Source: an uncultured bacterium (lineage in GTDB: Bacteria > Chloroflexota > UBA5177 > JANWHV01). Taken from it: DNA of 64,000 nucleotides. Shown here one piece after another: positions 1 through 10,104 of this stretch. The notes under the pieces are model-generated. The model was given only the letters and a program-made list of their open reading frames with translations, searched no databases and had not been told where the DNA came from. Where the stretch lies: contig CAVSOU010000010.1 of assembly GCA_963729625.1 (NCBI GenBank), positions 384,001 to 448,000 on the forward strand. The letters run 5' to 3'. Every line of letters begins with the position of its first letter. Positions within the stretch are counted from its first letter, which is position 1. The translations under genes and the position numbers were made by a program.

Positions 1-230
1 ACGTACGATGGCTCCCCTGGGCCGGCGCCAGTCAGGTCGGACCCACCGACTGTGGCGACGTCCGCGACGCGAAAGGTAAACAGCTGATGGTCTAGCAGCG
101 AGGCAACGTTTGACTCTTGCCCAGTCGACAGGTTGTCGATGCAGGTCACGCTCAGGCCCCGAGCCAGCAGCGCTGCGCAAAGATGGGACCCGATGAAGCC
201 GGCCCCACCACTTACTATCGCGTGTTCCAC
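1..230 (-). CDS. NAD-dependent epimerase/dehydratase (UDP-glucuronate decarboxylase-like), 5' part only; runs off the window
   Basis: Manual translation from GTG at 230 (GGAGG at 236-240): MEHAIVSGGAGFIGSHLCAALLARGLSVTCIDNLSTG, the extended-SDR GGxGxxG and DNLSTG motifs. Not in the ORF track. Confidence 0.85.
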   Translation of the reverse strand, partial: MEHAIVSGGAGFIGSHLCAALLARGLSVTCIDNLSTGQESNVASLLDHQLFTFRVADVATVGGSDLTGAGPGEPSY

Positions 231-300
231 GCTAACCTCCCATCGGTGGCTACCGATGGCGCCAGCAACGGTCTGAGATTCACAGTTGTGACTTCCGCAC

Positions 301-768
301 CTATTCTTCGATTATCCAGGCGTCGGTCGAGCGCCGATACGATAGGATGTCGTCCGCGTCGAAATACAGACCGAGCTCGAATTCGGCAGATTCTTCGGAG
401 TCTGAGCCGTGCACCAGATTTCGACCGACTTCAAGGCCATAGTCACCGCGAATTGAACCGGGCTCAGCTTCTGCTGCGTTGGTGGCGCCATTCATCTTTC
501 GGACGACAGCCACGGCATTGGGACCTTCGAGCGCCGCGATGACGACTGGCGCGCTGGTAATGTAGGACACAAGTCCTTCAAAGAATGGTTTGCCGCGATG
601 AATGCCGTAGTGCCGCTCGGCTATTTCGTTGTCGAGCTGAATCAGCCTCATGCCGACAATTTTCAGCCCGCGGCGCTCATATCGTTCGAGTATCGGGCCG
701 ATGAGGCCGCGCTGGAGAGCATCGGGCTTGATGATCACGAGTGTCCTCTGCATTGGTGATCGGGGCAT
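301..768 (-). CDS. ndk: Nucleoside diphosphate kinase
   Basis: RTLVIIKPDA, HYGIHRGKPFF, GSIRGDY and catalytic NLVHGSDS motifs. Start at 768 or 753, not 876. Confidence 0.96.
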   Translation of the reverse strand: MPRSPMQRTLVIIKPDALQRGLIGPILERYERRGLKIVGMRLIQLDNEIAERHYGIHRGKPFFEGLVSYITSAPVVIAALEGPNAVAVVRKMNGATNAAEAEPGSIRGDYGLEVGRNLVHGSDSEESAEFELGLYFDADDILSYRRSTDAWIIEE

Positions 769-811
769 AGCAGCAGATCGATTCCCTTCTTCTACGCTCT
801 GCAGTGTACGG

Positions 812-1156
812 CTAACCAGCGGACTCTGCCCGCAGCTCCTCCACGGCTTCGCGCAGTTCCAGCCTAACCGCGCCAAGGTTTGCGTCGCGAGTTGTCGTCA
901 GCATGATCAGCGCGTCTCCAGCCTGGGCAGCATGCAGCGCTCCGTTCTCGGCCTCCAGTGTCAGGTTCATTGGCGCGCCGAGGTCAGGTAGCGCGCGCTG
1001 CAGCACCTGCAATGCGGAACCAAGGCTGGATGCTGCGCTCGAGAGAGCAGGAGAGTCGACTGAGCTCACTATCACGGATCCGTCTTGCTTCACGAGCGAG
1101 GCTTCCTGTACTCCATCCAGACTGCCAAGGGCTGCTATGCGCTTTCTCGCGCTCAT
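812..1156 (-). CDS. Roadblock/LC7 (MglB-like) domain protein
   Basis: 114 aa, LDGVQEASLVKQDGSVI...ANLGAVRLELREAVEEL pattern typical of Roadblock/LC7. GAGG SD upstream. Confidence 0.8.
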   Translation of the reverse strand: MSARKRIAALGSLDGVQEASLVKQDGSVIVSSVDSPALSSAASSLGSALQVLQRALPDLGAPMNLTLEAENGALHAAQAGDALIMLTTTRDANLGAVRLELREAVEELRAESAG

Positions 1157-1219
1157 TGCCTCACCACCTTATCGCATCTCAACACCAGCACGGTTTCACA
1201 ACTAGGTCCGCCTTCAATC

Positions 1220-2497
1220 TTACAGGGTCATTGCCTCCAGTAGTCCTCGATCTGCGCCTGAAGGCCCCAGTACGGCGAGCCGAATGAACTGCGACTGAAA
1301 ACACTCCTGCGCGACTCGCAAGATATCTTCGCGCGTGACGCGATCGATATCCGCGCACACGGCCTCGGGCTGGCGGATCTCGCCATGCAGCGCCAGCTGG
1401 ACTCCACACCAGCCCGCAACGCTCTGCGTGTCCTCCAGCCCCAACAGCAGTCGACCCTTGTAGCCATCCTTCATCTTGTCAAGTTCCGGCAGAGGCACGA
1501 TCTCAGTCTTCAACAGTCGCATCTGCCGCAGTATCTCGGAGACGACAACATAGGCCTTTGTTGGTTCGACCGCGGCGTACGTGACCAGCGCGCTTGTGTC
1601 GGCCAGGGTGTTGCCGTAGGAATGGATGTCGTAGGCCAGACCTCGGCGCTCACGTATCTCCAGGAATAGACGTGAGCTCATCGAACCTCCCAGAATGGAA
1701 ATCAGTATCTCGTACGCGTAGCGATCTGCGTGCACACGCGGAACTCCCTTCGTGGCAAGACACAGGTTTACCTGTTCCGTGTCTCGCATCTCGAAGTGGA
1801 GCGACGGCGATTGAGGTAGGTAAATAGCGGAGGTGAGGGTGCGCGAGCTTCCTTGCCCAGGTGGGCTCCAGCCGGAAAATGCACTGGCAGCCAGGGCTAT
1901 CGCACTGGCGTGGTCTATGCCACCCGCAACAACAAGCACGACAGACGATGGATCGTAGTGCTTCCGAGCGAACGCCACCACGTTATCGCGACCGAGCGCA
2001 GCCACGCTCTCACGGGTGCCTGCCACATCGCGCCCAATGGGAGTGCCGGGCCAGCACTGTTCATCGGACACGACATGAACCCACTCTTGCGGCGAGTCGA
2101 TGGACATACCGAGTTCCTCGATCACCACGCGCTGCTCTTTGCGGAACTCCTCGTCATCGAACAGCGAATTCCGCACCATGTCAGCCAGGAGGTCCACGGC
2201 CAAGCCGGCATGGAACTTGCTCACTTTGGCCCAAACCAGGGTGAGCTCCTTGTCGGTGCTGGCGTTCAAAATGCCTCCGACGCGCTCGATCGTCTCCGAG
2301 ATGATCTCAGCAGTAGGACGTCGCTCGGTCCCCTTGAAGAGCATGTGTTCGATCAGGTGCGCGCTCCCTGCCTCTTCGCTCGCCTCGTAGCGCGACCCAA
2401 CGGTAACGTTGACGGCGACCGTAACCGAGTACATCCCAGGCATGGGAGCGGTAATTACTCGCAAACCGTTGTCGAGCGTGGTCACTTGATAGTCCAT
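1220..2497 (-). CDS. M16 family (pitrilysin-like) zinc peptidase
   Basis: Inverted zinc motif HLIEHMLFKGT and SSRLFLEIRERRGLAY. Confidence 0.93.
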   Translation of the reverse strand: MDYQVTTLDNGLRVITAPMPGMYSVTVAVNVTVGSRYEASEEAGSAHLIEHMLFKGTERRPTAEIISETIERVGGILNASTDKELTLVWAKVSKFHAGLAVDLLADMVRNSLFDDEEFRKEQRVVIEELGMSIDSPQEWVHVVSDEQCWPGTPIGRDVAGTRESVAALGRDNVVAFARKHYDPSSVVLVVAGGIDHASAIALAASAFSGWSPPGQGSSRTLTSAIYLPQSPSLHFEMRDTEQVNLCLATKGVPRVHADRYAYEILISILGGSMSSRLFLEIRERRGLAYDIHSYGNTLADTSALVTYAAVEPTKAYVVVSEILRQMRLLKTEIVPLPELDKMKDGYKGRLLLGLEDTQSVAGWCGVQLALHGEIRQPEAVCADIDRVTREDILRVAQECFQSQFIRLAVLGPSGADRGLLEAMTL

Positions 2498-2605
2498 AAT
2501 CCTCGTGTATTGAGCTTAGCAGCAAAGTCTGTGGTCTGGGCCGTCTGGCAACCACGCGCGAGGCAGAGCAAACGGGCGGGAGTGGACACCGCGTGAGCGC
2601 TGTGC

Positions 2606-2635
2606 TTGACGCGTAGGCACTGCCAACCCTACGAT
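2606..2635 (+). promoter_or_regulatory. Candidate sigma70-type promoter for the LCP operon
   Basis: TTGACG-N18-TACGAT about 60 nt upstream of the LCP start. Confidence 0.4.
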
Positions 2636-2694
2636 CATCGAAGCCCCTTCACCGATCGCCTGGCGTCAACGACCTGCTGAGGAGCATCGAGCCG

Positions 2695-3747
2695 TTGCGG
2701 CACATCGCTTACTGGATCTTTCTGCTTTCCATCGCCGCGGCAATCGGTGGCTCTGCGGCTTACGCCGGAGGGCCATGGGTCAGTGCGGTTTCAACGCTCT
2801 CCAGCGTGACGAAGAATGACGTGCCGGTATCGGTGCGAGCAACATTCACCCCGGCTCCCACCGCCGTTATCACCGGCACGACGACGATTCCGACTCCAAC
2901 GATCCCCCCAATTCAGAGCGCTTCGGGCCGCGTCAACTATCTCATTCTGGGAAGCGACAACGACGCGAAGAATCAGGTCGACACTGTCCCGAATACGCAG
3001 GTGATCATCTTCGTATCGTTTGACACCAAGCATAACCAGGTCTACATGGTCTCGATCCCGCGAGACCTTTACGTGCCGATCACTGGATTCATTCCAGACA
3101 AGATCTCTACGGCGGCCAGCTGGGGGCAGAGCTTCGGCACGGTCCGTCAGACTGTGGAAGACCAGTTCCACGTCAGGATAGACCACTACGCTTGGGTCGG
3201 CCTGCAAGGCTTCGTGAACATCATCAATACGCTGGGTGGGATCGACATCGATGTGGCGCACCCGATGGTGGAAAGCAATTTTCCCGACGACCTGGACCCA
3301 ACCGGCAGCCCGTACGCGATCCGTCGTTTCTACATTCCTGCGGGCCCCCAGCACTTGGACGGCATCACGGCACTGGAATACGTCCGGGCGCGCCACTCCG
3401 ACCTCATCGGAGATTTTGGACGGTCAGAGAGGCAGCAGCAGGTGCTGCTGCAGCTGAAGCGCAAACTGATGAATGCCGACATCAGCGAGTTCCCGACTCT
3501 GATTGACGACATGAAACACGAGGTAAAGACGGATCTGAGCGCCACGGACATCTTGAGCCTGGCGATGGCCGCGCTGCATATGAGCTCGGGCTCTATCCAT
3601 CATTTCTATCTGGATGTCAACGGGGGATATGTAACCGATCAGTCGACGACGTCCGGCGATTCCCTTATTCCTCGCTGGCCGAAAATCAATTCGCTGTTCG
3701 AGTGCATCATGTCCGACAAGGCCAGTCTTGGCTGCAGCAACCCATGA
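2695..3747 (+). CDS. LCP (LytR-CpsA-Psr) family glycopolymer transferase
   Basis: N-terminal TM, LILGSD, SIPRDLYV, LDGITALEYVRARH and DFGRSERQQQVL motifs. Confidence 0.92.
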   Translation: MRHIAYWIFLLSIAAAIGGSAAYAGGPWVSAVSTLSSVTKNDVPVSVRATFTPAPTAVITGTTTIPTPTIPPIQSASGRVNYLILGSDNDAKNQVDTVPNTQVIIFVSFDTKHNQVYMVSIPRDLYVPITGFIPDKISTAASWGQSFGTVRQTVEDQFHVRIDHYAWVGLQGFVNIINTLGGIDIDVAHPMVESNFPDDLDPTGSPYAIRRFYIPAGPQHLDGITALEYVRARHSDLIGDFGRSERQQQVLLQLKRKLMNADISEFPTLIDDMKHEVKTDLSATDILSLAMAALHMSSGSIHHFYLDVNGGYVTDQSTTSGDSLIPRWPKINSLFECIMSDKASLGCSNP

Positions 3748-4922
3748 TTCCGAAGTCGCCCGAGGGAAGAAGCGTCTGGCGCGGTATCCGAACCAGCACG
3801 AAGCTTGTGCTCTCGCTCTTAACGTGCGCCGTAGTCTCGATCGTTACGATCGCGAGCAGCGATGCCACTGTGACTCCGGTAGCGCAGGGCAACGGAACGG
3901 CCACGCCTGCTCCCACACCCGTGATCAGGGGACCCCTCAGTACGCCGAATCCCACGGCGATAGTACCGCAAGACGTCTTCGTCCCAGACCGACTGATGTA
4001 TGTGAAGGGCCGCGTGATCTACATGCTGCATCAGTACGATGAGCCAATCCCTGTCGCCTACGGAGGCCAACCCAGCGTCTCCCCTGACGGAAGGCGCCTG
4101 GCGTATATCCTTTTCTACAAGAACTATGAGAACTTGATGACTGTCGATATCCAGAGCGGCAAGACAAAGCTTCTGCTTGACGATACGCTGACCAATCCGC
4201 AAGACGCGAGTACGGGGCGCACGGCAGCCACCCCAGCCTGGTCTGACGACGGCAAGTCGGTGTATTTCGCGTGGAGCTTTCCCGGATCCCCATTTGCTCC
4301 CGATTCGACGGTGCAGTGGAAGACCGACTTCAGCATCACTCAATGTCCTGCCGCCGGACCCTGCGGGGACGCCACGGCCAAGACGTTGACGAAGCCGTAC
4401 TTCGAGAGCAGCGGAGACTCGGAGCCTGCGCCTCGCCTCGCCGACCCCAAATTCCTCGTGTACACGCAGTGGCAATATCAGATTGCGCGAGACAACACGA
4501 GCAGATCGTTGGCCAGCCTCCAGGCGCTGAACCTGACCACCAGCACCCAGATAACATTGACCGCTACGCTGGATAGCGACTCGGAGCCGGTGTGGAGCCC
4601 GAACGGTCGTTATATTGCGTTTGTCAAATCGTCCGACGACTACCAGTCAAGCTCGATCTGGATCATGCCGTTCCATCCGCCTGGCCGCATCTCCGACTAC
4701 GGCAAGGCGCGCCTGTTGGTGAGCGGTGCGCCCTTTGCCGAGCACCCCGTGTTCTCTCCGGATGGCAAGTACATGGCCTTTGAGGCCTCCGCGTCGGACG
4801 GCCGACTTCATCTCTTCGTGGCCAGGGTCACGTTCGGCCCAAACGCGCATGTCGACAGCCCTCAGATGGTTCAGCGTGCTCAAATAGTAGATGGCGATAG
4901 TCTGGTATGGACGACCTCGTAG
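3744..4922 (+). CDS. Secreted TolB-like/PD40-repeat beta-propeller protein
   Basis: ATG overlaps the LCP stop (ATGA). Hydrophobic N-terminus; repeats PSVSPDGRRLAY, PAWSDDGKSVYF, PVWSPNGRYIAF, PVFSPDGKYMAF. Confidence 0.85.
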   Translation: MIPKSPEGRSVWRGIRTSTKLVLSLLTCAVVSIVTIASSDATVTPVAQGNGTATPAPTPVIRGPLSTPNPTAIVPQDVFVPDRLMYVKGRVIYMLHQYDEPIPVAYGGQPSVSPDGRRLAYILFYKNYENLMTVDIQSGKTKLLLDDTLTNPQDASTGRTAATPAWSDDGKSVYFAWSFPGSPFAPDSTVQWKTDFSITQCPAAGPCGDATAKTLTKPYFESSGDSEPAPRLADPKFLVYTQWQYQIARDNTSRSLASLQALNLTTSTQITLTATLDSDSEPVWSPNGRYIAFVKSSDDYQSSSIWIMPFHPPGRISDYGKARLLVSGAPFAEHPVFSPDGKYMAFEASASDGRLHLFVARVTFGPNAHVDSPQMVQRAQIVDGDSLVWTTS

Positions 4923-5003
4923 CGGATGCACACAGCCAGGAACGCCTGACAACGACAAATGCGGATAGCATTGGCCGTCCAGACTAGCGTGTAAGGGCAA
5001 AAC

Positions 5004-5852
5004 ATGAACGTTGGCATCGCCGGTGGCGGCGCCGGTGTCTCCGCGCTGGCCACCATGCTCGTGTTGGCCGGGGCAACCACGACCGTGCATGAACCTGATT
5101 CGGAGCGAGCGGGCAGGCTGGTCACGCGTATTGCGCGGAGCCTGGAACGTGCGGGAAGAAATGCCATGGATGCCACGGGCACGGATGGCCGTGGATCCGT
5201 GGGCGTAGCTGTCGTAAGCGTGCTCGAGCCTATGACATCGTGCGATATCGTACTTGAAATGGCCGGCGACTCACTGAAAGCGAAGCTGAAGCTGATTCAG
5301 GAGCTCGACGAGGCTTGTGCCGCTCCCGTGGTGCTCGGCTCTGTCACGGGCGCGCACAGTGTTAGCCGGCTGGCGTCCGCCGCGCGCAGACCGGAACGAG
5401 TGGTCGGCCTGCACTTCGCCGCGCCAGTCCAGTCGATCCGCCTCGTTGAAGTTATTCCCGGGCTCCGTACAGATGCGGTCACGATTCGTCGCGTCTCCGA
5501 ACTGCTTCGCGAGCTCGATCGCGTGCCGATTCTCGTACGGAACCGGCCTGGGTTCGTGCTTGGACGCATCTCCCAGGTGTACTTCGGCGAAGCAGTCAGA
5601 TTGCTCGAAGAAAGCGGATTAGCCGTGGAGACACTTGACGCTATGGCGCGGGGCATGGGCTTCAAGACCGGGCCCTGTGAGAGCCTGGACGCCGCCGGCC
5701 TCGACAGCGCCCTCGCGGCAAACAGGGCCTTGTACGACGCAAGTAGTGGCGATACTCGCTATCGACCGCACGCCCACTTGGTGGAATTGGTAGAGGCGGG
5801 CTTTCTCGGGCAGAAGACGGGTAGGGGATTCTATGCCTACGAACCGGAATAG
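5004..5852 (+). CDS. 3-hydroxyacyl-CoA dehydrogenase, N-terminal half (probably one PaaH-like gene with the next ORF)
   Basis: RPERVVGLHF..P...LVEVI, PGFV and GFLGQKTGRGFY motifs; degenerate Rossmann GGGAG. Confidence 0.85.
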   Translation: MNVGIAGGGAGVSALATMLVLAGATTTVHEPDSERAGRLVTRIARSLERAGRNAMDATGTDGRGSVGVAVVSVLEPMTSCDIVLEMAGDSLKAKLKLIQELDEACAAPVVLGSVTGAHSVSRLASAARRPERVVGLHFAAPVQSIRLVEVIPGLRTDAVTIRRVSELLRELDRVPILVRNRPGFVLGRISQVYFGEAVRLLEESGLAVETLDAMARGMGFKTGPCESLDAAGLDSALAANRALYDASSGDTRYRPHAHLVELVEAGFLGQKTGRGFYAYEPE

Positions 5853-6720
5853 ACCGCGCCAGACGCCTTTCAGAACGCTTCAGAGCGGGACGTCCGCGTT
5901 CGTCCTCGGCGCCGAAGACGAGATCGCCGTCCTGGAGCCCGTCGTGCGTCAGGCGGGGCTAACGCCGATTGTCTGTGCCATCGACCCTCCAACGCTGGAT
6001 GTTGAAGCAGTCGTGATGGACGAGTCAATCGCGGCTCGCATTGCTCCGTCGGCCATGGCAATCATTTGCGCCGATGTCTCGGGTGACGATCGGCTTCCTA
6101 TCCTCTCGTTTGTGGACGAGTCGCTCCCGCCGGGCAACCTGCTGCTTGCATCCTGCACACAGGCCGGCGCTAACGAACAGGCGGCGATCTGCGAGCACGG
6201 CCATCGGCTGGTTGGGTTCGGACTGCTCGGACTGCTGAGCGGACGACCGATTGTTGAAATCGCAGGCTCGTTTGTCACCGGCGACGAGTTTCTCGATAAA
6301 GCGGCAGCCTTCTTTGGCGCCGCTGCCGTCCGTGTTCACACCGTGCCAGACACACCGGGACTCCTGCTTGCGCGCCTCTTGATGCCTGTGGTGAACGAAG
6401 CGGCATCCGTGCTGGCCGATCGCGTGGCGTCGGCAGAGGACATCGACACGGCGGTGCGCCTCGGCTTGGGTTTTCCGTTTGGCGTACTGCATTGGGCCGA
6501 CGAAATCGGCATCGACCGGGTGCTTCTCGCCATGGAGTACCTGGTGCAGGCGACGCACGAGGAGCGATACCGCCCTGCGCCGTTGCTGCGAAGGATGGCC
6601 CAGGCCGGCAGAGCAGGCAAGCGGGCAGGTCGTGGCTTCTTCAGCTATGGCGTGGCAGCGGCAGCGGTCTCAACCAGTCGTACCAGATCAGACAACTCGG
6701 GCACGCCTACCACTCCGTAG
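5833..6720 (+). CDS. 3-hydroxyacyl-CoA dehydrogenase, duplicated C-terminal half
   Basis: DTPGLLLARL...NEA...VASAEDIDTAVRLGLGFPFG and GKRAGRGFFSY. Lies in the +1 frame; removing one G near 5846 fuses it to the upstream ORF. Confidence 0.8.
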   Translation: MPTNRNRPRQTPFRTLQSGTSAFVLGAEDEIAVLEPVVRQAGLTPIVCAIDPPTLDVEAVVMDESIAARIAPSAMAIICADVSGDDRLPILSFVDESLPPGNLLLASCTQAGANEQAAICEHGHRLVGFGLLGLLSGRPIVEIAGSFVTGDEFLDKAAAFFGAAAVRVHTVPDTPGLLLARLLMPVVNEAASVLADRVASAEDIDTAVRLGLGFPFGVLHWADEIGIDRVLLAMEYLVQATHEERYRPAPLLRRMAQAGRAGKRAGRGFFSYGVAAAAVSTSRTRSDNSGTPTTP

Positions 6721-7262
6721 CCCCCAGAGAGCCACGTAGGGACCGCGACTACTCCCATCGCGTGCGCTGCTGCCCGGCTTGCCGCGACGTGAGTGCGGTA
6801 GTCACCTGCGCGCAAATGGTCTTCCATGTCACAAGATATGCCGCGTTGTCGCGCTGTTTTGAGCACGACGTCGCTATCCGAAATGTCGCGGCGGTCTCGA
6901 TAGTAGGCCTCGAACAGCGACCGATGCAGCAGTGCGGTCGCGCCTTCGTCTGCAAGACTTCGCTCCTCGAGGTCTCGAGCGATCTCGACCGCGCAGAGAG
7001 CTACACTGCTGTTCAACAGTCGCTCAGGCAGGTGAATCTCCAGCCCGTACTCCTGGGCGAGTCTGGAGACGTGTGCAGCCTCCGCACGCCGAACAAACGC
7101 AGGATTCTGCGGCATCGCCCCGCGGGGGGGAAGATAGTCGATCACTTCGAATGGGCGCCACGTTATCCTGACGTCGGCGAGCGACCGCAATCTGGCAGCG
7201 ACTTCTACTGCCACATAGCAGAACGGGCTGGCGAAATCATAGTAAACGGCAAGATCAGGCAT
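6645..7262 (-). CDS. DsbA-like thioredoxin-fold protein (FrnE/HCCA isomerase type)
   Basis: YYDFASPFCY, WRPFE and GVVAVPTW (cis-Pro) motifs. Confidence 0.85.
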   Translation of the reverse strand: MPDLAVYYDFASPFCYVAVEVAARLRSLADVRITWRPFEVIDYLPPRGAMPQNPAFVRRAEAAHVSRLAQEYGLEIHLPERLLNSSVALCAVEIARDLEERSLADEGATALLHRSLFEAYYRDRRDISDSDVVLKTARQRGISCDMEDHLRAGDYRTHVAASRAAAHAMGVVAVPTWLSGGYGVVGVPELSDLVRLVETAAAATP

Positions 7263-7289
7263 CGGTCCCAGGCGCCACGTAACACAACG

Positions 7290-8198
7290 CTAGCGCGCAG
7301 GGATCGGCGTCACCGCCGCTGGCGCCAGCGCTGCGTGCTCATGGGCGTGATACGAGCTGCGCACCAATGGACCCGATTCCACATGGAGAAAGCCAAGCTT
7401 CATGCCAAAGTCGCGCCAGTACGCGAATTCGGCAGGCGAATAGAAACGTTCGACCGCAAGATGCTTCGCGCTCGGTCTGAGATACTGGCCGATGGTCACA
7501 ATGTCCACACACGAGGCCCGCAAGTCAGATAGCGTTTCGGCGATCTCCTCATCGGTTTCCGAGAGCCCCAGCATAATGCCGGACTTTGTCAGTCGCTGCG
7601 GCGCAAGCTCCTTCGCGCGCCGCAGAACGTCGAGCGACCGACGGTATTGCGCCTTGCGACGGACCCGTCTGGTCAGTCTCTCGACCGTCTCGACGTTGTG
7701 GTCCAGAAGCTCGGGCTCCGCGCGCAGGACGTTGATCAAGGATGATTCCACGCCCTCGAAGTCAGGTATCAGCACCTCAATGGTGCAGCCCGGGTTCTTC
7801 TCGCGCACCTTGCGAATCGTCGCGGCAAACACCGAGGATCCGCCATCAGGTACGTCGTCACGGTTAACCGACGTGATCACCACGTGGCGCAGGCCCATGC
7901 GCCGCACGGCATCGGCAACCCTCAGCGGTTCCAGCAGGTCCAAGCCCGTGGGTTTGCCGCTGTTCACCGCGCAGAATCCGCACGCTCGCGTGCACACGTC
8001 GCCGAGGATCATGAACGTTGCCGTGCGATGCTCCCAACACTCGCCCATATTGGGGCAGTGCGCCTCTTCGCAGACTGTATGCAGTGCGTTGTCCCGCATA
8101 ATCGTCTTGAGCTCAACATAGTTTGGCCCCCCAGGTACTCGCACTTTGAGCCAGTCGGGGCGACGGGGGACAGCCTCAATCATGGGATTTCCATTCAC
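7290..8198 (-). CDS. lipA: Lipoyl synthase
   Basis: [12 protein letters not shown], radical [11 protein letters not shown] and C-terminal RSSYHA. Confidence 0.97.
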   Translation of the reverse strand: MNGNPMIEAVPRRPDWLKVRVPGGPNYVELKTIMRDNALHTVCEEAHCPNMGECWEHRTATFMILGDVCTRACGFCAVNSGKPTGLDLLEPLRVADAVRRMGLRHVVITSVNRDDVPDGGSSVFAATIRKVREKNPGCTIEVLIPDFEGVESSLINVLRAEPELLDHNVETVERLTRRVRRKAQYRRSLDVLRRAKELAPQRLTKSGIMLGLSETDEEIAETLSDLRASCVDIVTIGQYLRPSAKHLAVERFYSPAEFAYWRDFGMKLGFLHVESGPLVRSSYHAHEHAALAPAAVTPIPAR

Positions 8199-8503
8199 TT
8201 CTCAGATTCGCGCCTGAACGTCGAACGTCGCGCACGATAAGCGTTCGGCGCGAGAGAACCGGTCTGGCCAGACACACCACGAGCGCGAGATGACGCGGCG
8301 AAAGCACCAGAGTCCATTACGTACGAGCAACGCGCCGGGCCTTCCATGCACAGGATAGCAGCCGGCGCGGAATGCGCAAACGCGAGGAGCGCCTCCCGCC
8401 CGCTGCCATCTCGCTCAGGACCCTTGCGCTGCATCGAGTCGGTAACTCCGCCGGCCGGCACTCAGGGCGGCGAGCCTCATCCTCGCCGGCGGACTGTAGC
8501 CGG

Positions 8504-9472
8504 CTATTGGAGCGGTACACGTGCAAACGCTTCTCGCGGAGCGCCGAGCCGCTCGCGCAAGATGCTGCTGCCGATCGACAGGAGGTTAGCCGGCCGTTCG
8601 GCCAGCCGCCGCGTCATGTACGGGTACCACTGGGTGCCAAACGGAACGTAGACACGAACACGGTAGCCACGGCGCACGAGTTGCTCCTGGAGATCGCGGC
8701 GGACACCGTACAGCATCTGGAACTCAAATCGATCGGCTGAAATGTGATTGCGCAGCGTAAACTCGCAGGCACGATCGAGGATGGCTGGATCGTGCGTGGC
8801 GATGGCCGGAGCCGTGCCGCGACGCAGCAGATTCTCCATGATGCGAACGTAGTTTCTATCGGTGTCACGCTTGCGTCTGAACGCGATGTGGTGCGGCTCG
8901 TCATACGCGCCTTTACACAGCCTGATGCGCGCACCGATGCCAGAGAGTCGCTCCGCGTCCTCGGCGCTCCGGTACAGACAGGCCTGAATCACGATACCGA
9001 CAGTGTCGTGGTCGCGGCGCAACTGCTCAAAGACTTCTATCGTGCGGGCGGTGTATGATGAGCCTTCCATATCGATGCGCACGAAGCACTTACGGGTTTT
9101 CGCCTGTGCCAGCACCGACCGAACGCATCTCATCACCACGAACTCGCCGACGTCGAGGCCGAGCTGCGTCAGCTTGATCGAGAGATATGCATCGAGGCTG
9201 TCGCGCCAGATCCGATCGATTGTCACAGTCGCCATACTCACTGCAACCGACGCGCCTTCGTCGGTTGTCGTGTTCTCGCCGAGGTGATCAAGAGCGACGG
9301 CAAGACCCTGTCGATTGAGGCCACGCGCGACCTCGGCAGCCCGGTCGAGAGTCTCGCCCGCCACGAAGCGGCGAACAAGAGGCGCCGCCAGTCGCGAATC
9401 CGCTGCCAGCGACGCAATCGGCGAGCATTTCGCTGCACCCAGCACCAGCGTCCTGAAGACTCCACCTGCCAT
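8504..9472 (-). CDS. Monofunctional proline dehydrogenase
   Basis: RRFVAGET, SIKLTQLG, RIDME, RLCKGAY, FEFQMLYG and RRLAERPAN. Start moved to ATG 9472 (GGAGG at 9484-9488). Confidence 0.93.
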   Translation of the reverse strand: MAGGVFRTLVLGAAKCSPIASLAADSRLAAPLVRRFVAGETLDRAAEVARGLNRQGLAVALDHLGENTTTDEGASVAVSMATVTIDRIWRDSLDAYLSIKLTQLGLDVGEFVVMRCVRSVLAQAKTRKCFVRIDMEGSSYTARTIEVFEQLRRDHDTVGIVIQACLYRSAEDAERLSGIGARIRLCKGAYDEPHHIAFRRKRDTDRNYVRIMENLLRRGTAPAIATHDPAILDRACEFTLRNHISADRFEFQMLYGVRRDLQEQLVRRGYRVRVYVPFGTQWYPYMTRRLAERPANLLSIGSSILRERLGAPREAFARVPLQ

Positions 9473-9680
9473 CGCTTGCTCGTCCTCCGACCATACACCA
9501 TCAGGGTACACAAGTGCAGTGTATCGACGGTGCGACACTCGTCCACCAGCGTTATCGGGCACATCAGCTTTTTGGGAGGACGAGCGCGGGATTGCAGCCT
9601 GACCGCCGGACTGCTAGTCTGAGGCGTGGAGCGGATCTGTTTGACCGAAGGTCGGCATTGTGCTTCGAGGAGGGTGGGAC

Positions 9681-10085
9681 GTGAATCCCGGCAAGCCGTA
9701 CTTAGAAGGCGCGGAGGACGATGACCTTGCGCCAGACCTTGAACTGAGCGCGAGCGACTTCGATGACCTCGATATTCCGATCGACCCACCGATCATTCCA
9801 GGAGGAAGGGACAATGCACGGATCCCTGCCGCTGAGGACGCCGACGATGACGATCGAGCGCGAGGTCGCGCTGTTACGGACGACGAGATCACGGCGCGCG
9901 TGCACCGGCTCCTGCGGAGCGACTCGGCTACGAACATGCTGCCTATTCATGTAAGCACCGAAGATGGCGTCGTAACGCTCAGGGGCTTGGTAGACACTCT
10001 CGACGATACGGACAACGCCGCGGAAGTTGCATTCCGCGTCAAGGGCGTCGTCGACGTCGTCGACGAGCTCGAGGTTGAGCTCTAG
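9681..10085 (+). CDS. BON domain protein with acidic N-terminus
   Basis: DDEITARV...IHVSTEDGVVTLRGLV...VKGVVDVVDELEV; GAGGAGG SD before GTG 9681. Confidence 0.88.
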   Translation: MNPGKPYLEGAEDDDLAPDLELSASDFDDLDIPIDPPIIPGGRDNARIPAAEDADDDDRARGRAVTDDEITARVHRLLRSDSATNMLPIHVSTEDGVVTLRGLVDTLDDTDNAAEVAFRVKGVVDVVDELEVEL

Positions 10086-10104
10086 ACAGTGCGCACTCCT
10101 GCAG

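Noticed and set aside
8200-8500. Riboswitch (e.g. SAM) upstream of lipA
   Set aside because: GC-rich stems only; no conserved aptamer motifs recognised.
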